Positions 28,158-38,058 of a DNA stretch of 64,000 nucleotides are shown piece after piece (positions within the stretch are counted from its first letter, which is position 1; each line of letters begins with the position of its first letter). The stretch spans positions 12,957 through 76,956 of the forward strand of contig JBPOIA010000010.1 in the NCBI GenBank assembly GCA_052034975.1. Reading direction: 5' to 3'. Made by a program: the position numbers and the translations under genes. The stretch is from Candidatus Moraniibacteriota bacterium. Lineage in GTDB: Bacteria > Patescibacteriota > Minisyncoccia > Moranbacterales > UBA1568. Under the pieces are notes generated by a model. The model did not search any database. It saw only the letters and a list, made by a program, of their open reading frames with translations, and had not been told where the DNA came from.

Positions 28158-29186
28158 ATGCTGTTTCGAAGAAAACCATACGAAGTAATCTGTGTCGGAT
28201 CGATTTCGAAGGATGTCTTCTTTCCGACGGATGAAGGTATCGTCATCGAGACGCCGGAGGACACGGTCGCCCAGGTGAAAGTCGCTTTCGAGCTTGGGGG
28301 AAAGTACCGCGTTCGGGACCGATACGAGGCGGTCGGTGGCGTGGCAGCGAATGTCTCATGCGGATTGGCACGACTCGGTATCGATGTCGCGTGTTATAGC
28401 AATCGCGGGAATGATGAGATCGGCCGCTTCGTTTCCGATGTTCTCAGACAAGAAGGTGTCGCCACACGGTATCTTTCTGTCGAGAATGCGGCTAAAACCG
28501 ATCTTTCTGCCATCATCGTGTTGATGCAGAATGCCGAACGGACGATTTTCCACAATCGGGATGCCAATGAAAAGCTTGCTATCCGGGAAACGGATATACG
28601 GAATACAGAATGGCTCTTTGTGAGTGCCTTGAACGGTCCGTGGGAAGAAAATCTGAAAACACTGCTCGATATCAGGGAGCGATATGACTTGAAACTCGCG
28701 CTCAATCCCGGACAGCATAATATCCGCGAGAATCCCGGACTTCTGATGCGTGCGCTCCGATCAGTCGATATTCTCCTCCTCAACAAGGACGAAGCGGTCG
28801 AGCTTTCGATGCAGTCACCAGAGCGCCCGTCACGCGAACAGCTTGATGACGAACTGTTCCTTTTGGAATTCTTGCGAAGAGCCGGCGCAAAGATGATCGG
28901 GATGACGGATGGCAAACGTGGTGCCTGGGGATATGACGGACGGGAATACTGGTTCTGTCCGATCCATACGCGAGGCGCCGTCGTAGACAGCACCGGCTGC
29001 GGAGACGCTTTCGGATCAGGTTTTTTTTCCGCCATCCTTGAAGGGAAAACGATCGATGTCGCGCTCAGATATGGTATGGCACAAAGCGGCAGCGTCATCG
29101 GATTTTATGGTGCCATCGAAGGCTTGCTCCGGAAAGAGGAAATGGAAGAACATATAGAGCAGATCATTCCGCGTCGCCTCAGATAA
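28158..29186 (+). CDS. PfkB-family carbohydrate/nucleoside kinase
   Basis: Ribokinase-like fold: GGVAANVSCGLARLG N-terminal motif and a DSTGCGDAFGSGF anion-hole motif near the C-terminus. Confidence 0.7.
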   Translation: MLFRRKPYEVICVGSISKDVFFPTDEGIVIETPEDTVAQVKVAFELGGKYRVRDRYEAVGGVAANVSCGLARLGIDVACYSNRGNDEIGRFVSDVLRQEGVATRYLSVENAAKTDLSAIIVLMQNAERTIFHNRDANEKLAIRETDIRNTEWLFVSALNGPWEENLKTLLDIRERYDLKLALNPGQHNIRENPGLLMRALRSVDILLLNKDEAVELSMQSPERPSREQLDDELFLLEFLRRAGAKMIGMTDGKRGAWGYDGREYWFCPIHTRGAVVDSTGCGDAFGSGFFSAILEGKTIDVALRYGMAQSGSVIGFYGAIEGLLRKEEMEEHIEQIIPRRLR

Positions 29187-29220
29187 GATGATATAATGAA
29201 AACAGATTAAACCGCACCGT

Positions 29221-30489
29221 ATGGGATTGTTCTCGCACCTGCCCTGGAAAAGCGAATCAGATCTTTTTTTGGCGCTCGATATCGGCACAGAAGTCGTGAA
29301 AGCGCTTATTTTTCGCGTGGAATCGAATCAGAAACGCGGCATCATCGTCGGTGTAGGACGCGTGCCCCAGAAGATCGGCAATATGCAGAGTGGGGCTGTT
29401 TCCGATATCAGCGGCGTGATCGCTTCTTCGCGCGAAGCCATCGCGCTTGCCAAGCAAAAAGCCGGCGTGAAACGCGTAGAGAAAAGCATCATCGGTATTG
29501 CCGGAGAATTAGTGAAAGGCACGACGACAACCGTACATTATGAAAGGGTCAATCCGGAAATGCATATCGGTATTCCGGAATTGAAGATGATTATCCAAAA
29601 GGTCCAGGAAAAAGCCTATGAACGCATTCGGCGGCAGCTCGCCTGGGAGACCGGACAGGAGGATATCGACGTAAAGCTTATCAATGCCGCTGTCGTCGAT
29701 GTTCGTATCGATGGATACCACGTCCTGAATCCGGTAAATTTCCAGGGACGCGACGTCTCGATGAGCGTCTTTAACGCGTATGCGCCGATGATTCATTTGG
29801 GTGCGCTTCAGACAATCGCTGACGAGCTCGATCTTGATCTTCTCTCTATCGCGGCGGAGCCGTATGCGGTCGCTCGGTCGATCGAAGTGGAGGATATGCT
29901 CGATTTCAGCGCGATATTTATCGATATCGGCGGCGGGACGACGGATATCGCCGTGGTAAGGAACGGCGGTCTCGAAGGAACGAAGATGTTCGCACTCGGC
30001 GGCCGCGCATTCACGAAGCGGCTGGCGCAGGAATTCGGCATCGGATTCGATGTGGCCGAACAGATGAAAATCGATTATGCCAATAACCGGCTAAAAAGCG
30101 ATGAAGCGGCACGGATCGCGGCGCTTTTTGCCGACGATTGCCGGATCTGGCTCGGCGGAATAGAACTGTCACTCATAGAATTTGCCGAGACAGACGTGCT
30201 TCCATCGCGCATCTTCCTTTGTGGCGGAGGATCGGCATTGCCGGGCATCAAGCAAGCTCTGACATCAAAGGAATGGATACAGAATTTGCCGTTTGCCAAA
30301 CCGCCACAAGTCGGATATCTCCAACCGCGGGACATCACCCGTATTACCGATGCAACCGGCGAACTGAACAATCCGCAGGATATCACGCCCATCGGTCTCG
30401 CACATCTCGCGCTCCTTGATTCGTTCGAAGAAGAGAAGATGCTTTCTAGTATTTTGCGCCGAAGTATGGAAAATCTTGAGAAAAAATAA
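29221..30489 (+). CDS. ftsA: Cell division protein FtsA (actin-like ATPase)
   Basis: LALDIGTEVVKALIF, IDIGGGTTDIAVV and RIFLCGGGSALPGI phosphate/adenosine motifs of the FtsA/actin fold. Confidence 0.85.
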   Translation: MGLFSHLPWKSESDLFLALDIGTEVVKALIFRVESNQKRGIIVGVGRVPQKIGNMQSGAVSDISGVIASSREAIALAKQKAGVKRVEKSIIGIAGELVKGTTTTVHYERVNPEMHIGIPELKMIIQKVQEKAYERIRRQLAWETGQEDIDVKLINAAVVDVRIDGYHVLNPVNFQGRDVSMSVFNAYAPMIHLGALQTIADELDLDLLSIAAEPYAVARSIEVEDMLDFSAIFIDIGGGTTDIAVVRNGGLEGTKMFALGGRAFTKRLAQEFGIGFDVAEQMKIDYANNRLKSDEAARIAALFADDCRIWLGGIELSLIEFAETDVLPSRIFLCGGGSALPGIKQALTSKEWIQNLPFAKPPQVGYLQPRDITRITDATGELNNPQDITPIGLAHLALLDSFEEEKMLSSILRRSMENLEKK

Positions 30490-30500
30490 AAAATTATCCT

Positions 30501-32411
30501 ATGCCGCAGACATTCTATATCGAAGTCGACGAAGAGATCATTTCTGTTATCGGGCGCCTGAGGAAATCTTCCAGCCAGGAAAATTATTTCGTGTTTCCGA
30601 AACGCGCGCTCGTACTTCAAAGCATCATAAATTTGCGGCTTTTCCAACGCGAGGCACAAAAACTTGGTAAAAAGATCATTCTTGTCACGAAGGATGAGAA
30701 CGGACGGATGTTGGCAGAAAAGGCCGGCATCGCGACCGAACAATATTCCGAAGATTTCTCGCGCCAGGGAAGCCATATCGAGCTGACGACGCCCCCGCAG
30801 CCGGTCGGACGCGAAGAAACGTCTCTTCTTATGCAGAAAAAAGAAACAAAGGAAGAGCGTATCGTTCCTCGGGCCGATATGATCGGAAGCACCGATTTTT
30901 ACACGGCTCCATCGGCCGTCTCTTTGTCAGTTCCGAAACAGGCGCTCCCGATACGGAATGAGGCCGTGTCACAGACGCTGCGCGTACGGAACGCCTCTCC
31001 GGAACGGTTGCCGAGCCTTAATTCGAAACGTTTTTCCGAGCAAGAGATACGAAAGGTGGAGAATAACCCTTCTTTGTCCGCGCCTCGTCCGGTACCGGCC
31101 GCTCCGCTTCCTTATCTTCCGGCCGAACCCAAGAAGGCCGATCGCGGCGAGCGTCTCAAGAATTTCTTTTCGCAACAGGCGCCATCCACACCACCAGTCG
31201 GAAATATGCCGAAGCCAGCGGTTCCCGCTACTCCCGTTTCAATTGTTGGGAAAAAGGCTCATCTCGCATTCTTTTTGCTCGGAGGAATATCCCTTCTGTC
31301 GTTGATTGGAGTCGGAATGCTCCTGTTCCTGCCGAAAGCCGAAATTCACGTGACACCGTATCGCTCGGTGCAAGAAGCGGACTTTATGTTTGTTGGCAAT
31401 ACCAAAGGAAACGGATCGGAAGACGCGTTTTCGGTTCGTCTGATCGAAAAAGAGCAGGAGATACGTTTTTCCGCACCGACAACCGGGACATCCGGTGCCG
31501 CGAACCAAAAAGCCAGGGGATCAGTCATTATTTATAATGAATATGGCACAGAGCCCCAGACGCTCGTGGCAACGACTCGTCTTGAAACTGCTGATGGCAC
31601 GTTGTTCCGCCTTACGGAGAGCGTAACGGTACCGGGTATGACGGATGTGGGCGGCAAGAAAGAGCCGGGCGCGATCGAGGCGGATGTCATCGCTGATCAG
31701 CCGGGCGAGAAATACAATATCGATCCGGCGGCATTCACCATTCCGGGATTCAAGGGGAGCCAGAAATTTGAGAAATTTTCCGCGAAGTCGACTAAAAAAA
31801 TGATCGGGGGCGGAAGTGGCGGAACGGATGTGACTGTCGTAACAAAAACCGATCTTGAAAAAGCCGAACAGAAAGCCAAGGAAGAAGCAAAAAAAGCGTT
31901 TCTTGATTCGCTTTCATCGGAGCTTCCGGCAGATGAGAAGATTATTGGGGATGGGATCGACATCGTCCCGGTCAGAGCGGCATCGTTGCCGATCGCCGGT
32001 ACGGCAGCATCCTCGTTCGATTATGAGAATACGTTTCGTATCCGTGCGTTCGTATTTTCCGAGAAAACGCTTCGCGAAAAGATCGAATCTCTGAGTCGCG
32101 AGGAAAGGCAAGGGGAAGCTTCTCGGGTGACAGATATCGTCCTTTCATACGGCGAATCGATTCCAAATTATACCGATGGATCGATCGGTATTAAGACACA
32201 CGCTTCGATCACCTTGGACGCCGACATCGATCGTGATCAACTACGAAAGATGCTTCTCGGACAAGGAAAAGAGGGCATCGAACAGGCTTTGGAACAGTTT
32301 CCGGGAATAAAAAAAATCCAGGTGAAATTTCATCCGGAATGGTTTGTGCAGAGTATTCCGAAATCGGTTGATCGTGTTACTGTGATTCTCGAAGCGGGTG
32401 AAGAACGGTGA
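30501..32411 (+). CDS. Hypothetical bitopic membrane protein (cytoplasmic N-domain, Pro-rich linker, one TM, ~370-aa extracytoplasmic domain) immediately downstream of ftsA
   Basis: TM helix AHLAFFLLGGISLLSLIGVGMLLFL at ~aa 250. Pro-rich PSLSAPRPVPAAPLPYLPAEP segment. No FtsZ GTPase motifs. Confidence 0.55.
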   Translation: MPQTFYIEVDEEIISVIGRLRKSSSQENYFVFPKRALVLQSIINLRLFQREAQKLGKKIILVTKDENGRMLAEKAGIATEQYSEDFSRQGSHIELTTPPQPVGREETSLLMQKKETKEERIVPRADMIGSTDFYTAPSAVSLSVPKQALPIRNEAVSQTLRVRNASPERLPSLNSKRFSEQEIRKVENNPSLSAPRPVPAAPLPYLPAEPKKADRGERLKNFFSQQAPSTPPVGNMPKPAVPATPVSIVGKKAHLAFFLLGGISLLSLIGVGMLLFLPKAEIHVTPYRSVQEADFMFVGNTKGNGSEDAFSVRLIEKEQEIRFSAPTTGTSGAANQKARGSVIIYNEYGTEPQTLVATTRLETADGTLFRLTESVTVPGMTDVGGKKEPGAIEADVIADQPGEKYNIDPAAFTIPGFKGSQKFEKFSAKSTKKMIGGGSGGTDVTVVTKTDLEKAEQKAKEEAKKAFLDSLSSELPADEKIIGDGIDIVPVRAASLPIAGTAASSFDYENTFRIRAFVFSEKTLREKIESLSREERQGEASRVTDIVLSYGESIPNYTDGSIGIKTHASITLDADIDRDQLRKMLLGQGKEGIEQALEQFPGIKKIQVKFHPEWFVQSIPKSVDRVTVILEAGEER

Positions 32412-32462
32412 TTTTGACATTTCTTCCCGATTTTGGGAGAATAATCGGATATTTAAAGATGT

Positions 32463-32738
32463 ATGACTGGAGATATTTCCGCAGAAAAAAAGAGCGAGAA
32501 CGCACCGGCTCGACATCGTTTGGAATCCGAGTTGCTCATCTTGGAAGCCGATCGAAAGCGGTTCAAGCGGCATTTTGACGAGCTCTCGATGGAAATTAAG
32601 CGCTTGGAAAACGATCTGAAACGGCAAGAGCTTCTGTTAGGGGAGAAGAAAGCCGCGAAGGAAAAATTGGAACGAGACGTTCTCTATGCAGAAGGCGAAA
32701 TCGCCCATACGAAAAAACAGTTGAATACTTTGGGTTAA
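32463..32738 (+). CDS. Small coiled-coil protein (91 aa)
   Basis: Heptad-rich sequence ..ELLILEADRKRFKRHFDELSMEIKRLENDLKRQELLLGEKK..; follows the divisome-associated gene. Confidence 0.35.
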   Translation: MTGDISAEKKSENAPARHRLESELLILEADRKRFKRHFDELSMEIKRLENDLKRQELLLGEKKAAKEKLERDVLYAEGEIAHTKKQLNTLG

Positions 32739-32748
32739 GTGAAAACGT

Positions 32749-32973
32749 ATGACCAAAGACACGTTCGTAAAGATCGTTCGTACCATCGTTGATGGGAAAG
32801 CGCATATCACCGCCTCGAAAGAATCAAAGCTTTCTGCACTCGCTCGTCGGTACAGCGAGCGGAAAGCGACGATTCCGGAAGTGCTGGAAGAGCTTCGGGA
32901 TCTCTTTTCCGACGATTTTGGTCTCGGTCGTCACGAATATGCCGAAATCGAGAAGCGTCTTACCCGTTATTGA
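32749..32973 (+). CDS. Small hypothetical protein (74 aa)
   Basis: Compact ORF between neighbouring genes, unremarkable composition; no recognisable motif. Confidence 0.3.
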   Translation: MTKDTFVKIVRTIVDGKAHITASKESKLSALARRYSERKATIPEVLEELRDLFSDDFGLGRHEYAEIEKRLTRY

Positions 32974-32984
32974 TCTTTGTTATG

Positions 32985-34838
32985 CGCGCCCGCGATATTC
33001 GCACACGCTATGTGGATTTCTTTTCGAAACAGAAGCACGTCGTGGTTCCATCCGCACCGCTTGTTCCGGAGAATGACCCAACCACGCTTTTTACCGGATC
33101 GGGAATGCAACCGATCGTCCCGTATCTGCTCGGCGAGCGGCATCCGATGGGATCGCGTATCGTCGATGTGCAGAAATGTTTTCGTGCGCAGGATATCGAG
33201 GAAGTGGGCGATAACCGTCACACGACGTTCTTCGAGATGCTCGGCAACTGGTCATTCGGTGATTATTTCAAAGAAGAGCAAATTTCTTGGATGTGGGAAT
33301 TTCTGACGACCGAGCTTTGCCTCGATCCAAAGCGTCTGTACGTCACTTGTTTTCACGGGAATGAAGCACTCGGTATTCCACGCGATACGGAATCGGCGAA
33401 ACTTTGGCAAGAGCTTTTTTCCAAAGCGGGAATCGAAGCGGGAATCGGCGAGCATCCCGAAGAGGACGGCATCCGCGGAAACGAGCGTATTTTCTACTAT
33501 TCCGAAAAGAAGAACTGGTGGAGTCGTGCCGGTGTGCCGACCAATATGCCGGAAGGTGAGCCCGGTGGACCGGATACGGAGATGTTTTGGGATTTCGGCG
33601 TTGAACGCGGATTACACGAAGCGTCACCATATAAAGATGTGCCGTGTCATCCGAACTGCGATTGCGGCCGGTTTATGGAAATCGGCAACAACGTCTTTAT
33701 GGAATACCGGAAAACCACGAGAGGATTCGAGAAGCTTTCCCAAAAAAACGTCGATTTCGGTGGTGGTTTGGAACGGCTGATGGCGGCGGCACAGGATACG
33801 CCGGATATGTTCACCGGTGATATCTTTGACGGAGTACGCACGGTCCTCGAAGAGCTTTCTGGAAAACGCTACGGTGCGAACAGTAGCGATACCTATGCTT
33901 TTCGGATCTTATTGGATCATATGCGCGCGAGCGTGTTTCTGATCGGAGACGGCATACGACCATCCAATACTGATCAGGGCTATGTGCTGCGCCGGCTCTT
34001 GCGCCGGGCCATACGTTTCGCGGACACACTTGGTATTCAACCTGGACTTTTCTCAAAAACAGCTCAGGCTATTGTGTCGGAATACAGCGAGGTCTACCCG
34101 GAACTTTCTGAAAAACTGCCATCGATAGAATTGTGCATCAACGAAGAAGAAAAGAAATTTCGCCAAACGCTGGTACGTGGAATGCGTGAACTCGAAAAAC
34201 GTCTGACTGGCGGGATGTTGTCTGGTAAAGACGCGTTTGAATTGTTTTCCACATATGGTTTTCCCCTCGAAATGACACAGGAAATTGCCAAAGAGCACGG
34301 TATCATACCGGATGAAGAGGAATTTCGTATGGAGTTTTCCAAACATCAATCTCTTTCGCGCTCTGCCAGCCAAGGGAAATTCAAAGGCGGGCTTTCCGAT
34401 CAGAGCGAGATGTCGGTGAAATACCATACGGCGACGCATCTTCTGCACCAGGCGCTCCGACAGGTACTTGGTGAACACGTGTTTCAAAAAGGGAGTAACA
34501 TCACTCCCGAACGCTTACGATTCGATTTTTCCCATTCAGAGAAGATGACCGAGGAAGAGAAGCGGCGTGTGGAAGACACCGTAAACCAAAAAATATCGGA
34601 ACATCTGCCGGTGATATATGAGGATCTTCCTCTCGAAGAAGCCAAAAAACTCGGCGCTATCGGGCTTTTTACGGAAAAATACGGTGAACGGGTACGAGTG
34701 TACCGAGTGGGGGATTTTAGTCTAGAATTCTGTGGCGGTCCTCATGTGGAGAATACCGGTGATCTCGGACACTTCCGTATTATGAAAGAAGAGGCCTGTT
34801 CGGCTGGGGTGAGGCGTATCAAGGCGGTCCTTGATTGA
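32985..34838 (+). CDS. alaS: Alanine--tRNA ligase (short form lacking the C-Ala domain)
   Basis: Class II catalytic core (FTGSGMQP, QKCFRAQDIEEVGDNRHTTFFEMLGNWSFGDYFK) plus editing-domain motifs HTATHLLHQAL and CGGPHV. Only ~617 aa. Confidence 0.9.
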   Translation, partial: RARDIRTRYVDFFSKQKHVVVPSAPLVPENDPTTLFTGSGMQPIVPYLLGERHPMGSRIVDVQKCFRAQDIEEVGDNRHTTFFEMLGNWSFGDYFKEEQISWMWEFLTTELCLDPKRLYVTCFHGNEALGIPRDTESAKLWQELFSKAGIEAGIGEHPEEDGIRGNERIFYYSEKKNWWSRAGVPTNMPEGEPGGPDTEMFWDFGVERGLHEASPYKDVPCHPNCDCGRFMEIGNNVFMEYRKTTRGFEKLSQKNVDFGGGLERLMAAAQDTPDMFTGDIFDGVRTVLEELSGKRYGANSSDTYAFRILLDHMRASVFLIGDGIRPSNTDQGYVLRRLLRRAIRFADTLGIQPGLFSKTAQAIVSEYSEVYPELSEKLPSIELCINEEEKKFRQTLVRGMRELEKRLTGGMLSGKDAFELFSTYGFPLEMTQEIAKEHGIIPDEEEFRMEFSKHQSLSRSASQGKFKGGLSDQSEMSVKYHTATHLLHQALRQVLGEHVFQKGSNITPERLRFDFSHSEKMTEEEKRRVEDTVNQKISEHLPVIYEDLPLEEAKKLGAIGLFTEKYGERVRVYRVGDFSLEFCGGPHVENTGDLGHFRIMKEEACSAGVRRIKAVLD

Positions 34839-34894
34839 CATACCGGAAAAAATACGGTACAGTGTCTAAGTATGTAAATGGCTATTTGTGGCAT

Positions 34895-35206
34895 ATGATT
34901 GCGATCATCAGAACCGGCGGCAAGCAGTATCAGGTCTCCGAAGGACAAAAGATTAAGGTGGAGAAGCTCGATATCGAAGCCGGAAAAACCGTGAAATTTG
35001 AAGTGCTTTTTGTTGGTGATGAGGAAGCTGTGCACGTCGGCCTGCCGGTCGTGAAGGGCGCTACCGTCGAAGGGAAAGTGCTCGCGCAAGGTCTTGGCGA
35101 CAAGGTGAAAGGCGTGAAACACAAACCGAAGAAGCGATATCTCGTAAGATTCGGCCATCGCCAACCGTTCACCGAAGTGGAGATTACGAAGATCTCTGTG
35201 AAATAA
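34895..35206 (+). CDS. rplU: 50S ribosomal protein L21
   Basis: MIAIIRTGGKQYQVSEGQKIKVEKL matches L21. Confidence 0.9.
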   Translation: MIAIIRTGGKQYQVSEGQKIKVEKLDIEAGKTVKFEVLFVGDEEAVHVGLPVVKGATVEGKVLAQGLGDKVKGVKHKPKKRYLVRFGHRQPFTEVEITKISVK

Positions 35207-35224
35207 GCGGTGTGTATCAAAAAA

Positions 35225-35262
35225 AGAAGCGGGCCCGAATTCTCGAGTCCGCTTTTCTTCTT
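35225..35262 (+). terminator. Rho-independent terminator after rplU
   Basis: gaagcgggcccgaattctcgagtccgctt followed by TTCTTCTTCC. Confidence 0.6.
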
Positions 35263-35267
35263 CCTTC

Positions 35268-35459
35268 TTATTTCAGGCCAAACCCTTGTTGGCCACTGTT
35301 CCACCCCTCGTAACACTTCGGAACAGTTTTAATGTCGAGAATGACCGGGTTTTTCCGGCGCTCCTCCATCAGCCTTCGGATTTCCTCTACCTGTTCAGGC
35401 GGAGTCTGCTCCATCGGCTTGTCCGGATCCGCCAAGTCTTGTTTTGTGAATGTCGTCAT
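35268..35459 (-). CDS. Small hypothetical protein (may be the frameshifted C-terminus of the upstream ORF)
   Basis: MTTFTKQDLADPDKPMEQTPPEQVEEIRRLMEERRKNPVILDIKTVPKCYEGW.. Overlaps the 3' end of ORF 35395-35859 in another frame. Confidence 0.3.
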   Translation of the reverse strand: MTTFTKQDLADPDKPMEQTPPEQVEEIRRLMEERRKNPVILDIKTVPKCYEGWNSGQQGFGLK

Positions 35460-35859
35460 TTTTTTCCTCCTTATCGTAATGTTGAACATCTTGCGTCGTG
35501 AGCGTGTGGAGCGTGAAAAACAAAAGGATCACGCGGTGTTCGCCGTTCTCGCCGCGACCGATATCTTCGATGAAGAATTCCAAGCGGAATTCCCGCCAAT
35601 ACATATCGACATACACGTCGACAATGTACCGTCGTTTTCGAGCGAACACGTTCTCTATCGCTACCCCTTTCGGGATAGCGAAGCCACAGCTGATCCGTGT
35701 CACAGAAAACCCTGGGCTTTTTGACTGTTCGCAGTAGATCTTCGTACAGGCGCATTGCAGGTCCCGGTACAGTTTCTCGAGCGAATCCTCCGAATCGATG
35801 ACGAATTCGAGGTTGAATTCCGCGATCTTCTTACTATCCGTGTAAAGGATATCCATCAT
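35395..35859 (-). CDS. Hypothetical protein (154 aa)
   Basis: MMDILYTDSKKIAEFNLEFVIDSEDSLEKLYRDLQCACTKIYCEQSKSPGF..; no recognisable family. The 3' end overlaps the next ORF. Confidence 0.4.
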   Translation of the reverse strand: MMDILYTDSKKIAEFNLEFVIDSEDSLEKLYRDLQCACTKIYCEQSKSPGFSVTRISCGFAIPKGVAIENVFARKRRYIVDVYVDMYWREFRLEFFIEDIGRGENGEHRVILLFFTLHTLTTQDVQHYDKEEKNDDIHKTRLGGSGQADGADSA

Positions 35860-35904
35860 TCCCCCTAAGGAAGTTGTTAAGAAACGAAATGAAATTACCT
35901 TATA

Positions 35905-36501
35905 TTATACCAAATCCTTGCGATTTGTCAAGGCAGAAGAAAGAGTGAGTTCGTCGGCGTATTCGATATCGCCGCCGGTAGAGAGTCCGCGAGCGATGCG
36001 TGTGACACGTATTTTGAGGGGTTCGAGCTTCTTTTTCAGATAGAGCGCGGTTAAATCGCCCTCGGTCGTCGGATTGGTAGCGAGGATAACTTCCTGTAGA
36101 GTATCGTGTTTTGCGCGATGAAGGAGTTCTTGGATGCGGAGATTTTGGCTGTTGTCGTTCTTTCCGCTTTCCAATACTCCACCCAAGACGTGATAGAGTC
36201 CGTTGAAACTTCCTGTTCGCTCGATGGCGATGACGTCGAGCGGCTCTTCGACGACACAGACGGTCGTTTGATCGCGTTTCTGATCGGCACAGATGGAACA
36301 GAGGTCTCCTTCGGCAATATGAAAGCAGCGCGTGCAGCTTTTGAGCCGGTGGAGGCCCTCGAGGCTTTCTGCGAACGCCTGCAATTTCTCCTCATCTTGT
36401 TTGAAGAGATAGAGTACGAGACGTTCGGCCATTTTCGGTCCGACGGACGGCAGGGAAGAGAACTGCGCGATGAGAGATTGGAATATTTTCGGGTATTGCA
36501 T
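35905..36501 (-). CDS. recR: Recombination protein RecR
   Basis: C4 zinc finger CTRCFHIAEGDLCSIC, Toprim domain and LPSVGPKMAERLVLYL HhH. Confidence 0.9.
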   Translation of the reverse strand: MQYPKIFQSLIAQFSSLPSVGPKMAERLVLYLFKQDEEKLQAFAESLEGLHRLKSCTRCFHIAEGDLCSICADQKRDQTTVCVVEEPLDVIAIERTGSFNGLYHVLGGVLESGKNDNSQNLRIQELLHRAKHDTLQEVILATNPTTEGDLTALYLKKKLEPLKIRVTRIARGLSTGGDIEYADELTLSSALTNRKDLV

Positions 36502-36552
36502 ACTATTTGTGTTTGAAAAGTTTCCGCGCGGTCGTTTGGTTGCCGCCAGGAA

Positions 36553-37908
36553 TCACGAATGGATCTTTTCGAGTGATTTGAATGTGGTGGAATTCTCTTC
36601 GAAATAGAGCTGTACCTTGCCCACGGGACCGTTTCTGTGCTTGGCGATGATAACGTCGGCAATGTTCTTGTTCGGTGTGTCCGGTTTCACACGGTCTTCG
36701 CGGTAGAGGAAGAGGACGACGTCGGCGTCCTGTTCGATAGAACCGGATTCGCGCAAATCGGAGAGACGTGGCACCTGGTCGGGACGGGATTCTACGGCAC
36801 GGGAAAGCTGCGAAAGAGCGATAAGAGGGATATTGAGTTCGCGGGCGAGTTGTTTTAGACCACGGGAAATCTCGGAGATTTCCTGTACGCGATTGTCGCC
36901 CGAGCGACTGCGGCCCTCCATTAACTGCAAGTAGTCGACGATGATGAGGCCCAGGTGGTGCTCGGCTTGGAGGCGGCGTGCCATCGTACGCATCTCCATA
37001 ATATTGAGCGAACCGCTGTCGTCGATGAAAATAGGCGCTTCAGAGAGCACACCCATCGCGTCGGAAATACGTTCGAAATCATTGTCCGGACCTTCGCTCG
37101 AAAGTTTTCCGGTACGGAGCTTCCAGAGATCGACGCCGGCTTGTGCGGCAATCATACGGTCTACAAGTTGGTCGGAGCCCATTTCCAGCGAAAAAATCCC
37201 GACCGGCACTTTGGAAACGGCAGCAACTTGTCGGGCGATATCGAGTGCGAAGGTCGTCTTACCGACCGAAGGGCGGGCGGCGAGGATGAGAAGATCGGAT
37301 TTTTGGAGGCCGGCCAGGATATTATCAAGATCCGGGAAATGGGTCTGGATGCCTCTGAAGGTGTGTCCGCTCTTATGAAGCTCGTCGATACGGTCGAAAG
37401 CCGCTTCAAGGATAGATTTGATCGGAACGAAATCCTGTTTGATGTATTTTTCAGAAACGGCGAATACTTTCTGTTCAGCTTCATCGAGGATTTTCTGTAC
37501 GTCGTCGGATTCGTCGTACGCGATCTCGCTGATTTCGTTCGCAGAAACGATGAGGCGCCGGAGAAGCGCTTTTTTTTGCACAACCTTGGCATAATGGACG
37601 ACGTTGGTGGCCGAAGGAACGGAGTTTACGAGTGAAGCGAGATAGCCCGATCCGCCTACTCGTTCCAACTGACCTTTTTCTTCGAGCTTATTGGCAAGCG
37701 AAAGAACGTCGATCGGTTCGCGTTCTTCGTAGAGCGCGAGCATCGTTTCGTAAATCAGATTATGATCATCCTTGTAGAAATCACCGGGCTTCAGGAGATC
37801 GGCAACCTTGATGATGGCATCCTTGTCGAGCATCAGGGAACCGAGTACGGAAGTTTCAGCTTCCAAATTGTGCGGTGGCACGCGGACGTGGTCGGTTTTT
37901 TGGGACAT
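36553..37908 (-). CDS. dnaB: Replicative DNA helicase DnaB
   Basis: N-terminal NLEAETSVLGSLMLD; Walker A GARPSVGKTTFAL; RecA-fold motifs. The ORF opens with TTG at 37926; first ATG at 37908. Confidence 0.9.
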   Translation of the reverse strand: MSQKTDHVRVPPHNLEAETSVLGSLMLDKDAIIKVADLLKPGDFYKDDHNLIYETMLALYEEREPIDVLSLANKLEEKGQLERVGGSGYLASLVNSVPSATNVVHYAKVVQKKALLRRLIVSANEISEIAYDESDDVQKILDEAEQKVFAVSEKYIKQDFVPIKSILEAAFDRIDELHKSGHTFRGIQTHFPDLDNILAGLQKSDLLILAARPSVGKTTFALDIARQVAAVSKVPVGIFSLEMGSDQLVDRMIAAQAGVDLWKLRTGKLSSEGPDNDFERISDAMGVLSEAPIFIDDSGSLNIMEMRTMARRLQAEHHLGLIIVDYLQLMEGRSRSGDNRVQEISEISRGLKQLARELNIPLIALSQLSRAVESRPDQVPRLSDLRESGSIEQDADVVLFLYREDRVKPDTPNKNIADVIIAKHRNGPVGKVQLYFEENSTTFKSLEKIHS

Positions 37909-37965
37909 AAGAAAAAAAGAGGACAAGTCTTTCCATTATACCGATTCGTGGAAAATGAGCTAGCC

Positions 37966-38052
37966 TTGACAGGAAACGGAAGAAAAAGTGTAATAAGGAC
38001 TTTTTGCTGTTTTTATCAACGGATTGTCAACAGCGAACATTTGTCATATACT
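37966..38052 (+). promoter_or_regulatory. Two tandem sigma70-type promoters on the + strand with no protein gene downstream
   Basis: TTGACA-N17-TGTAAT (37966-37994) and TTGTCA-N17-TATACT (38024-38052); the second carries the recurrent TATACTGG extended motif. Confidence 0.45.
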
Positions 38053-38058
38053 GGATAG

